Assembly: GCA_022813865.1 (NCBI GenBank)
Contig: JALDZX010000005.1
Span: 1 to 64,000, forward strand
Source of the DNA: Xylographa opegraphella
Taxonomy: Eukaryota
Direction: 5' to 3'
Length of the DNA: 64,000 nt
Part shown: piece after piece, positions 34,256 through 46,673 of the stretch
Numbering within the stretch: the stretch's first letter is position 1
Layout of the letters: every line of letters begins with the position of its first letter
The notes under the pieces: generated by a model
Told to the model about the DNA's origin: nothing
Seen by the model: the letters and a program-made list of their open reading frames with translations, nothing else
The model's database searches: none
Made by a program: the position numbers and the translations under genes

Positions 34256-37200
34256 CTACTTCCGAGCATACGGATGAAACCCCCCACGGTGAGCACCCCG
34301 CCCGCCTCCCCGATAGTTGGCTCCGGGAACACCGGCATTCTTGGGTCCTGTGGGAGCGTTTGCCGGGGGGGCTTCTTTCGGTGCCTGTGGACCTTGGGAG
34401 CCCCGGTTCTGCTGAGGGCCTTTGTTGCCACTGCCGTTTGAGCCTTGTGACATCTGCCGATTGAAGCCTCCTTGCTGCATGCCACGACCCACCCCTCCCC
34501 CCCCCATGTTTGGTTGGGGGACGTCGTCGTACATGCCCTCCCAGGAGGTAGGACCGCTGCCATATTGCATTTGCTGTGCCTCTTGTGCCGCACGACGAGC
34601 TTGCTGCTGCTCATACTTCTGCTGCTCGAACATAAGTTGCTCCTGAGCATTATAGCCTGGTGTACCCCGTCGAGCTCCACTTCCTGCCGGCCCCGTTGCG
34701 CCAGCCGCACCAAACCCGCCACCCATGCTTGGACCGGTGGGTACTGGCGTACCGCCATTCATCTGGACACCGAATGCGGCGCCTCCCTGAACTTGTTGCG
34801 ATTGGACCTGCATCTGCTGCATCTGTTGCATCTGCTGCATCATTGCTGGATTCATTCCTTGCATATTCTGCATACCTTGCATGACTTGGGCACCTGGACT
34901 TTGTGGATGAGGACTTTGAGATCCTTGCTGACGTCCCATTTGCTGCTGCATCGCTTGCATTTGTTGCATCTGTTTCATTTGTTGCATCATGGCAGGGTTC
35001 ATCGCACCCATACCCATAGATCCTGCCATTCCTCCGCCCTGAGCCGCTGCCACCGCGGCCATCTGCTGGGCGATGAATTGTTGCATGCGTTGCCAGTATT
35101 GCGCCATCACCTGTGGAGTCATCCCATTGGCAAATTGGGCACCTTGTTGACTCTGAGCCTGATTTTGGTTATTTGATAAATTGTTGTTGCCACTGCTGCT
35201 GTTGTTATTGTCATAATTGTTGCGGTCATCTCGAAATCGATCATTTTCTTTGCCGCCACGCCGTCCGCCACGGCGGTCTCGACCCTCGTCCTCATCTCGC
35301 ATGTTCCCACGTGGCTGAGCCTTCTTGACTTCTATTGGTTTGCCTAGAATTGTTAGATCGCCCTGCAGGCAATTATCCACAGCCGACTCGTTGTCAAAGG
35401 TGACGAATCCGAAGCCACGAGGTCTACCAGTGTCTTTATCGATCATGAGAGTGGCATCAACCACTCGACCATACTGCATGAAATACTCCTTGAAATCTTG
35501 CTCAGTAGCGTCTTGACTTACACCACCAACAAAGATCTTGCTTGTCCTTTCCTGTTCGTCTCGAGGTATAGCGCGTTTAGGATCAATCTTATTAAACAGA
35601 TCCAACTGTGAGCATTCCTTCTTAAGGCGACGAAATCTGAAGGGGGCATTTGTAGAATGTGAAATAGATGGCCTTACGATTTTACCGTCCAAATAGTGCT
35701 CCTTGACCATGACGATGTTTACAGTCCGGGCATCTTTAAACGTGAGGAACCCAAATCCACGTGAGCGTCCCGTCGCACCATCTCTCATCACGGTGCATTC
35801 ATGGACTTCTCCGAACTGGGAGAAGTAATCCTTAAGTGACTCTGGCAAGGGATATGGTCAGCCTCCAGAGGGAAATGATGAATCATATGATGTGGAACGT
35901 AGAGCCACTTACGATCCGTTGTCTCCCAGTTAAGGCCACCAATGAACATCTTACTGCAAAGTAATCGTTAGCAAATGTCTTATCGGTCAGAAGCAATGGA
36001 GATTGGTCCACTGCAGGAAGTAAAGCAAAGACACAGTAAAAAGTGCTGCTGGTGACGGGGAGGGCTCCAGAACAGCTAGTGGTATATTCATATTTCGTCC
36101 TAGGTTTCCGAGGCATATCAGACTTGAATTCCGAATTTCGTAGTTCCATAACCTTGGAGGTGACATCTGTTACCGCCACGTTGGCGTTCATGGTAGTCAG
36201 AAACATTCTCTTATGGTATATTTTATGCGGATAGCAAACAAGCCACCACTTGAATCCACCACAATAACGCGTTGATGCAGATGAAGCACAAATCTTTTGG
36301 CCATTGCCATGAAATCGTAGAGGCATCAGGTGCACCAAGCCTAGGTGGACAATAACTTGGACAAATTGATTCGAATATTCTCGTCTTTTTGCTATAAGTC
36401 GTACGCTAGGTAGCAGTGCCACGCTGGGTTCTAGATAGCGTGACGGCAGTGACTACCTTCCTGCTCTGCTCTATGAAGATGATATCGACAGTAAGCTAAG
36501 TAGTAGCAGTAAGCTATAGTCGCTTGTCCGGCATTGAGTGCATTGCATATGACCCATGTCCGCCAATCAGCCCTTATATAATGCTCATACTTGTCTGCTT
36601 CATTTCCGTGGCATTCTCCAATGGGCGTTCTCTTCGTCGTGCTAAGTCTTCCATTGCCTGACATAAACTTTACTTTCCGGTCCACCCTTTCATCCAAGAC
36701 CACCCTTAGCCATTCGATGGAGTGTCTTAATACTTCGTTATCATAATTGTGGCGTGAACGCTTCTCAGTTCCAAGAAAGAATTCTTTTCCATAGTGCAGC
36801 CAAACTCGAAGAACCATCATGGTAGCTGGTGCAGATGGTGCTTGAGAATGACCCCATCCATTCTAGCGATGTCGGCCCAGCTCCAAGCAGCCATGGCGGT
36901 ACAAATCGCTAGCTCCTAGTCGTAGATACACTTGTTTGGTCATATCCAGTAGCCCCGGCAACATTCCCATAACGTGAGGAGAGCAACTCGACGTGCAAGA
37001 ATGGTAGCGAGGGTAACACCGCGAGAAAAGATACATAATACCACTTACCCATCTTCTTTTATACCAGTACCATGCTGCTCGGGCTCCCCAACAGCATCGT
37101 CATATTCTTGACCATTGCCACCTATCGTATGTTCATCCTGCCAGCGTGGACCGTTGCCTCCGCCTGCACCATTTTTCTGTTCGTTTTGGGAAGAACTAAA

Positions 37201-37457
37201 TACTTCTGGTCCAGATTCGTCCTTGATGTCTTGCATAGCCTGGTCAGCGACTGTGCCAACAGCACCACGATCTGGCGGATCAGCAGTCTCTGAGGGTGCT
37301 TCAACTTTGACTGTAGGTGCTGGTTTTGTCGCCACCTCATCTTGATCGTACCTACCGATGCTTTAGTGCGGCTTCAAGCTTATTCAAATACCTTAATGTG
37401 AAGGTAGACATACAAATCAGCGAAGAGATCCTCGTCAAGTTCCTCGGGCTCGGTCAT
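34256..37457 (-). CDS. HRP1: Hrp1/Musashi-like tandem-RRM RNA-binding protein with a Q/M/G-rich tail and PY-NLS
   Basis: MTEPEELDEDLFADL...IKEDG|KMFIGGLNWETTD|QSLKDYF, RSRGFGFLTF, KIFVGG, RPRGFGFVTF, ending RGGFHPYARK. Introns near 37351-37413, 35954-37048, 35842-35912 and 35588-35677. Confidence 0.88.
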
Positions 37458-37964
37458 CGTGGCGCAAATCAGTCCGGGAAGACAAATCAGTGAGGAGTAT
37501 GCAGCGCTTGGGCAGCCGTTGAGGACGTGAGAGACTCAAGCTAGGGAATCGACGAAGAGACTGGATGTCTACAGCCGGAGGTGAACCGTGTCACACCTTG
37601 TTCAATCCGAATTGAATAATGCGAAAGCGGTACCGGGCAGCATCTATGCCATTAGAGCCATCAATAACATTTAAGGACGGGCAAGTGACAAGGTAGAAGG
37701 AGACAAAAGGTTGTGAAAGTGTTGTGTCGTGTTGTGAACAGCATGCGGTCGATTCTGCGAAGCTGAACAAAGTCGCCGGGACGAAGCACACTAGTGAGTA
37801 ATTATGCTAGCGGTCCTGTTAGAGGGGAGCTAGCCCAGAAGTGGATTCGACGAAGCCATCTGCCTCGCGGCTGGGTATGAGGGAGGGCGTCATTGGATCT
37901 GATATGCGCAGCTCCACAAGAGCTACTTGTAGGCCTTGACCAGAAAAGAAATCTGGTAATCAAA

Positions 37965-40177
37965 ATGGGTTCTAAGCAACCTTTACATCAGGTATGCAGC
38001 CCGGATCTGAACAGCTCATTTGGGGCTGCTTCAAGACTGACCGACTCTACGCTAGGAAATGGTTCAGGTCGGTTCGTAATTCATGCACGTCTTTCCTCCA
38101 GATCAGAGCAGACGTGTCTTGGCCGTCTGTCCATGTCGCATATATTCGGACTACAGCTGCTGACATGAAAACGGCCATTCTTAGAACGAAATGGGTAAAC
38201 ACTAAACTTATCGAGTGCTCTACGGTACAGTTTGCAAGCTTACGCATGAGTAGTAGATCTACCTCCCCTTTCTGGAGGCAGCGTCCTGCGAACGCCCGGA
38301 ATGGATCGCCCAAATCTAAGGCATACGACCCAAACGTTGTCGTCGGAGCTTCGTATTCGCATGCAGACATGCTTAAACTCGACTCGTTGTATGTCTCATC
38401 CATATGCGGCTGACTTCTCTGGCCTGCTAACCTTCAATTCAAGAAAACTTGCATCCTCTTCCTCGCGACCACGGACACCACCATCCTCATCTTACAATAT
38501 CGCTCGAAACACTAATACACCGCCTCCACGGAGACCAAGTTCAGCGTTGTCGAATACGCACTCTCGACCAGGATACGCTACAAGTTTAAGGAAAGATAGC
38601 GATTGGCTGTCGAACGATGAAGATGAAGAAGCTGAAGAGGAAGACCATGCAGACTATGACTTGAATGAAGATGAGGACGAGTTTGGACTTCCGAGTATAG
38701 CAAATGCGCGCAGAGCCGCCAGACGCGCCGGTGGCCCCAGTCTTGATATCCTGGGTGACCGCCGACATCACATGTTTTCCGATGCTTATCTTTCTGGTGG
38801 CACACTCGTTACTAGTAGACCTAGAGCGAATAGTACTGATATCGCCGAAGAAAGGGGCGCTCCAAGCTATCCTATTCCTAGGAAGAGCGAGGGCAAAATC
38901 TTACGACCGCAATATAAAGACATCCTCCGAGGTTCGTACGTCGTCAATCTGGCCTCTATCCCGCTGATAGCCTCTCGCTAGATCCTGCGAACTCTCTTCA
39001 CCTCATTAGTCATTCCCCAATACCTTTTAACGCTTCGGCGAAAGAAATAGAAGCCCATTCAACTCGAATATCCAGGATCAATAAGTTCAAACGTATACTA
39101 CAAGCCAGTACAATATCGTTGAACGAGCTCCGGAATCTTGCGTGGAAAGGAGTCCCAGAAGAAGTTCGTAGCATGTCATGGCAGATTTTATTAGGTTACC
39201 TACCCACGAGCTCTGAACGGCGAGTTGCAACTCTTGAACGGAAGCGAAAAGAATATCTGGAAGGTATCCGGCAAGCCTTCGGAACTCCGGGCTCCGGGAT
39301 TGAATCTCCTATAACTAGTAAGGTAAAAAACTCCTTCAGCCAGGGCCGTAGCCGTGGCTTGGATGAGAACGTCTGGCATCAAATCTCCATCGACGTTCCC
39401 CGGACGAGTCCGCATATTGAATTATATGGCTACGAGGCTACGCAACGATCTTTGGAACGCATTCTCTATTTATGGGCGATACGACATCCGGCCAGCGGGT
39501 ATGTGCAAGGTATCAATGATCTCGTGACTCCGTTCTGGCAGGTATTCCTGGGGTGCTACATTACAGACTCTGATATCGAAAGCGGTATGGACCCGGGACA
39601 GCTTCCGCGTCCAGTCCTTGATGCTGTTGAAGCAGACTCGTTTTGGTGCCTTACCAAGCTTCTTGATGGCATTCAGGATAACTATATCTTCGCACAGCCC
39701 GGTATTGTTCGCCAAGTCGGTGCACTTCGAGATTTGACAACTCGAATCGACGTTGGCTTGGCGAAGCACCTCGAACACGAGGGTATCGAGTTTATGCAAT
39801 TCAGTTTTCGATGGATGAACTGTCTCTTAATGAGAGAAGTAAATGTGAAGTGCACTATACGCATGTGGGATGCGTATATGGCAGAAGAGCAGGGATTCTC
39901 GGAATTCCACATCTACGTATGCGCTGCTTTCCTGGTGAAGTGGACCGAACAGCTCGTCAAGATGGATTTCCAAGTAGGTACAGCTTCATCGGAGCCTTTG
40001 AACCAAAGCTAATGTATGTCTTAGGAGATTATGATGTTTTTGCAAGCACTTCCCACGCGCAATTGGACGGAAAAGGACATTGAGCTTCTGCTGAGCGAGG
40101 CATTTATTTGGCAAACTCTATATCGTGGATCAAGTGCCCATCTGAAGAACTATAATGTATCCAGTGCTGTCACATAA
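37965..40177 (+). CDS. GYP1: TBC-domain Rab GTPase-activating protein Gyp1
   Basis: LRNLAWKGVP, QISIDVPRT, HPASGYVQGINDL, EADSFWC and FRWMNCLL. The start is uncertain (ATG 37965 with intron 37992-38230, or ATG 38246). Stop TAA at 40175-40177. Confidence 0.9.
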
Positions 40178-40247
40178 AATAACATAATGATTGAACGGGG
40201 TCTTGTCCTTATCGGTTGGTTATGATACTCAAACTCTCACATTAGCT

Positions 40248-40277
40248 CAATTTGAACTGAACCAATTTGAACTGAAC
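40248..40277. repeat. 15 bp tandem duplication (CAATTTGAACTGAAC)x2 between the convergent GYP1 and DIM1 3' ends
   Basis: Seen directly. Confidence 0.85.
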
Positions 40278-40441
40278 CTGTAATCAAAGTGGATAGCCTC
40301 GGATTTTAGCTCTGAGATACTTGTGAGGTGCGTTTCACCGCAGATATGATTTCTGTCGTTGTCGAAATTAGAGTTCCATTATCACCCTCAACGCCTTGCT
40401 TACGAACATAATTAAGGGGGATCTACAGTTGAAGGCGCAGC

Positions 40442-41682
<1,241 letters not shown>

Positions 41683-42141
41683 CGTACTCTTTATGTCCCC
41701 TTACCTCATACTATATCGTATTTGATTTTCCACGCTGGATGTTCTGATGTTGTACTACGTGTATCATAAAAACAATCCTCAATGCTCAAAATAGGTCCTA
41801 CACTAATGAAGTATATTTGAATTTCGCTTAACCAGTTGATAACACCAAGAAAAAGTCTCGGGGCTACTGGAGCAGCCTTGGCTGGATTCCAACATAGCAG
41901 TGCTTTACATGTCGGTTACCACTTTTGCTTGTTGTTCACAGTACATGTAGAAATGCGTAGTACTCAAAGTGGAAGTGCCGAGAATGTTTAGAACCACTTT
42001 GTATATCTCAAGCGTCATAGTTTCGGCTTCCGGATCCTTGTGCGATTAAACCAAGCCAATACGGATAACGTGCAGTATTGCCTGCGTTTGAAGACCGGCA
42101 AATCCTCCGTTTCTACCGCTAAATATCACAATTACAACGTA

Positions 42142-43311
42142 TCACCACCCTTCGATAAGGCCATTACTCTGCACACTATTCTCGTCCACCACCTTCCGTG
42201 CCCCTTCTGCAGCAACCACAGGCAATCGCCTCGCGCTCTTTCCTGACGGTATCAGTTTCGGATCCAACAATCCTATCTGCACAAGCACAGTCGCCTGATC
42301 CCAGTAAATATGCTCATGATATAGTTTCCCACCTCGAATACAAACAACAGAGACTAGGGCGACCTCCACTTCCATATCGGTAGGTGCAACACCAGGTAAC
42401 ATCCAAGGAATTTCCTGGGTATGTTTGAAGTGTACATACATTTCATCCACAACCCTATCTATGCCGACTGTTCTCGAAATTAGGCGCATCGTCATTGAGG
42501 GAGGATTACCAGGAATGAAGAAGTCCTTATAAAAGCGGAGCAAGTCTTTATGTCCAATCCCGCCAGTCAGTGTCGGAATATGATTGACGTATGGTTCGGC
42601 TACCATGGTTTTCATTGTAGCATCCGCATCTTTTATAGCAAATTCCACTATTGATTATCTTAGCATGAGCAGACCAGTCTCTCGGATTGACTGTTACACG
42701 TCAGATGATTCTCCCACACTTCCTCCAGATCGACCTGAATCCCAAAGGCACTGCGTATTACCCCTAAAGTCCGCGACCAAGCAAGACCGGCGGATACTTT
42801 GTCATATGTCCCACGGCCGGCCTCAGCGAACCCGGCGTCCACATGAGGGTACACGTAAGACTTACATCCTGGAATTTTCTTCTGTGTACCAACTGTATGC
42901 AATAATATATCTAGACCTTGAGGGTAGCCAGCAGAAGTCTTTGGCAGTTCAGCTGGGTAGTAGGCGATGACTGTACTCAATTTCGGAATTGGTGTGCTAC
43001 AGGCGTCGAGAATCACTGCTGCCGCTGCACCATATCCTATTGTATCGGCGCCCCTCAGCAATAATCTCCTGGAAGGCAATCGTGATGGGGTCACGCAGAC
43101 CCACTATTGCGAACTGCTCTCCAGAATTCAATGAACTGCAAATGTCGTTGACTTCGTCGATATAATGTGTTTTATAGCTTGTACCATTGTACGGAAGAAA
43201 TAAGACATTGAAGCCTTCATCCTTCCAGTCGCTCATGATCTTCTCGTCGAAAACAAGACCTTCGGCACAAATGTAGAGACGTGGTGAGCTCGGGTAATCA
43301 AGAAAGCCCAT
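42142..43311 (-). CDS. Dienelactone-hydrolase-like / SnoaL-like protein
   Basis: AYYP, YPHVDAGFAE, AGLAWSRTL, DLEEVWENH, PYVNHIPTLTGG, RTVGIDRVVDEM and HEHIYWDQATVL. Two introns. Confidence 0.85.
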
Positions 43312-43629
43312 GCTTGCTGCTATCATTTGTGTATAACGCCCAGATCTGAAAATGCATATGACGGGAGTGAGGGCAGTCGAGATTCGTAAAAGCTGTATTC
43401 ACCTGAACTAGTGGGGTAGAGAACGTCATAGTTTCTATTGTCCAACGTTGTCGAAGAACAGCCTTGACCTTGCATGTAGTAAGCACAACCTGCAATATCT
43501 GGATACTCCAGTGGCGTACAATTGTTGGAATGTGGCCTAATATGCTCCGTAATAATTCTTGGATCTGACAGCAGATTCACGTGTAAAACGAATTTCAATT
43601 GTCGTGTAGAGTGTATGGCTGGAGCGAGC

Positions 43630-45108
43630 TCAAACTAGAGCAAGGGAGTTCAGATGGTCTCGACCGATAAATGTGCACACTGGGAGGCGGTAGATAGGCA
43701 GTTGCCAATACGGTCGTTTGATTCCCTCCCACTGCCTGGTACGATCCAGGTCTGGCACGACAATCGTTTCCCAATCTACATCATACCCCGCCTCCAGCAA
43801 ATCGATCTCGACTACCTTTGTATACACATCGTAGCAGATCTGCCGGTCGGCGCCGAGCCCGTTAAAAAAACCCCACTTGCCATCGTGGTCAAGAAGTCCA
43901 AGAACGCTATCCTCGAAAAACGTGTGCAATACTTTGTAGTCCTCAGCGAACGTGTCAAAGTAAATCGCGTCGAATAAAGTCCCCTCCTCTATGAGCTGCG
44001 GAACCACATCTTGCCACTTGCCTGCATGAACTGTGACTCCTACTTTTCCCGCCCAATTACTTTTCTTCATCTGCTCAAGAACTGCTGGATGAGCCTCAAT
44101 AATATGATGTGCAGACGGCGACCTTTCCTGAAAAAAGCGGTCTATAATTCCCATACCGTGACCAATATTTAGAACACGAAGGCCTCGTACCGGTGCTAAA
44201 AGCTCTGCTGTCCGCTCCATGATACCAGTTTCCCATGCCATCATTACACCATTCTTATCTTCATCGAATAGACTCTCGGTAGTGAATGTCAAGTTAGAGC
44301 GGAGGTAATCTTCACTATTCACATCGGGCAGAGTTGCTTGAGTCATAGCTGTTTGAGCTTTGTCATTGTGCTCGGTCTCAGTAATCTGGTCTAAACCGGT
44401 CGAGTTGGCTGAGAGATCAGATTCCGCAGCAGTAGTGTTTGGCTCGAGTCCCCCCACTTGTTTCTGCTCTTCCTCGCCGTCCTCGCCGTCCTCGCCGTCC
44501 TCGCCGTCCTCGCCGTCCTCGCCGTCCTCGCCGTCCTCGGCATCTAGTAGTAACTCGTACCCGTCGAGGCGACTGAGTAACATCTCTGCCCTAACGCCGG
44601 CATCAACCATGATATGATATAGTTGACTGACACCCAATCTCTTGGCAAGACAGCCAGGGGTCTCGTTGTTCTTGTCGAGATCGTTCCAGATGGCTCCATT
44701 CTGTAATAAGAGTCTTACCGTTTGCTCGGCAGCTTCAAGTTCGGGCCGTCTGCAATCACCCTTTTCATCGCTAGTAGCTATGCCACCGTTCCTGATACCA
44801 CCCGCAGTAGCCTCAGGACCATTCTTATTGGCCCTTTCAGATTTGTCATTCCCACTCGTGACATGCCCATCCGACTGGACATCATTCTCCCGGGGCACAG
44901 TCGAGACAACAGGAGACAGCGCCGGTGAAGCTTCACAGGCAGCAATCGCAGAATGTAGTGGTGTATATCCTGTATCAAGATCTTGAACATTGGCCGAACC
45001 TGTTCGAAGTAGTGTACGCAGAGCTTCAAGGTTATGATTGCTAGCTGCGAGAAGAATCAGTTGAGCTTCGAGCTCGGGATCAGACTCTGGATGGTCATCG
45101 TTCATCAT
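43630..45108 (-). CDS. RMT2: Protein arginine N-methyltransferase 2 (ankyrin repeats + GAMT-like methyltransferase)
   Basis: TPLHSA, LLQNGAIWNDLD, GVMMAWE, VLNIGHGMGIID, IIEAHP, IYFDTF and FFNGLGADR. Confidence 0.94.
   Translation of the reverse strand: MMNDDHPESDPELEAQLILLAASNHNLEALRTLLRTGSANVQDLDTGYTPLHSAIAACEASPALSPVVSTVPRENDVQSDGHVTSGNDKSERANKNGPEATAGGIRNGGIATSDEKGDCRRPELEAAEQTVRLLLQNGAIWNDLDKNNETPGCLAKRLGVSQLYHIMVDAGVRAEMLLSRLDGYELLLDAEDGEDGEDGEDGEDGEDGEDGEEEQKQVGGLEPNTTAAESDLSANSTGLDQITETEHNDKAQTAMTQATLPDVNSEDYLRSNLTFTTESLFDEDKNGVMMAWETGIMERTAELLAPVRGLRVLNIGHGMGIIDRFFQERSPSAHHIIEAHPAVLEQMKKSNWAGKVGVTVHAGKWQDVVPQLIEEGTLFDAIYFDTFAEDYKVLHTFFEDSVLGLLDHDGKWGFFNGLGADRQICYDVYTKVVEIDLLEAGYDVDWETIVVPDLDRTRQWEGIKRPYWQLPIYRLPVCTFIGRDHLNSLALV
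44471..44540. repeat. Coding 9 bp tandem repeat (TCCTCGCCG)x7 plus a partial unit, encoding (EDG)n in Rmt2
   Basis: Seen directly. Confidence 0.95.
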
Positions 45109-45687
45109 GAAAATCCTTAGCTTTTAGGCGTAGAGATTCCGTGCTACCTTCGCAAGGTTAAGGTACCTTAAAGAGAGCTGTGTGCCATCTCGGCCGTTTC
45201 AATTAAAGGTTCGCGGCTCGCATGGGGTTGTCTAGTGTATACGCTAGGCTATACTCCGTAAATTACTTAACAAGGATACCTTAGTACTACTACTCCCGTA
45301 GGTACTGCTTTACCTGAGGTACCTTACCGTTAATGTATGACAAAGAAACCAGTCCTACCTGCCGTAGCTCAACCTCCACGGAGGCTTTGCTCTATGGTAT
45401 AATTTTAGCAAGAAACAAACATCAGTAGTCGTGAAATATGTACGGTAGTTATGGCGGTCAGGTTTGTCATTGCAAAAAGGGATGCTGGACTCCGCCAGAA
45501 GAGGTTACTTGACAAAAAGCCATAGTTCTCTTTGATCTGGAAGCATGTCATCTGTAAGCATCCGATACAAGAATCGCACATCCTGATTCAAACCCCCTGC
45601 ATCCGCTTCCGGGTTTCCTTGAAGTTTGACCATTCTCATTCTCAACTGCTCCTATCTTCTCTGCTGCACTCGCCGAACACCATCAAG

Positions 45688-46205
45688 ATGTCCCAAAAAT
45701 CCTCCTATTTCGCCGGATTCGTGGGTTTCGTGCCAGATCCTAGGTCGTCTCTGGAAGCAGAGTTTTCCCGTCTTGTTCAACACCAGCAATGGTTGTCGGG
45801 GAGTTCGAAACATGCAAAGGAACGCCGCAAATGTGTCCTTGCAGAGTACGACTTCCATTTGGGCTCGATCGAAGTTTCAGGGAAATTGGACGCCTGGCAG
45901 AGGCTCTGCAAAGAAGTCGGTATTCGAAAACCACCAGCATCCATCACGCAGTGCAAGAAGGTAGCATCCGTCGCTGGTTAATGACATTTAGCACTGTTAC
46001 TGAACGTCTGTTCGTGCAGGTTCTGCACGGTGTACACATCAACCTCGTGGATCTGGTTAGTAGCAGACGCGAAGGGACGAATGTACGCAGGTTCTCGAAT
46101 GCTGAAGAACTGCGAGCATATACTTTAAGCGAGGACAAGATCTTTCCAAAGAAGAAGGCGAAGACGGATGGACTGATCAAGATCTTCTTGCGTGGCATTT
46201 TTTGA
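45688..46205 (+). CDS. Small conserved fungal hypothetical protein
   Basis: MSQKSSYF...LDAWQRLCKEVGI...SITQCKK, intron 45961-46019, then VLHGVHINLVDLV...ELRAYT...KIFPKKKAK. The splice is canonical and joins two ORFs. Confidence 0.75.
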
Positions 46206-46673
46206 GGTTGTTCGAATGTGGTTCTGCTCCAATCACTAAGGCTCGTCTGCAGCTTCTCGTCCTATGGATGCACATTCTGGCTTAATTGACAGATAAAAGT
46301 TAGCACAGCATCTAGAATCACTATAGGTAGCACGCCTTCGTAAGTTGACATAATATCTCAATGTGTTGGCACTGGGATTACACGGTTGAAAGCGTTTTGT
46401 GACAGAATTCGACAGATGTGATCAAGATTTTCTTACAGGGACGAAATGATGGCAAGATGATATCAGGATTCGCACACATGGAGCGAAACATGAACAGCTC
46501 TTGCGTGTTCCAACGCATTCATTCCCAGTTCCCCCAAAATAATTGGCAATGCTTACATAGATGGCATCTTGGATTGTAAACAGAATAGAGAGATAAGCGA
46601 GTTTCACCAGTTGACTGGACCCGTCGGTGCTTCGAAGGTGAGGTCCGAGGGCCCTAACGAATCACCAATCTCT

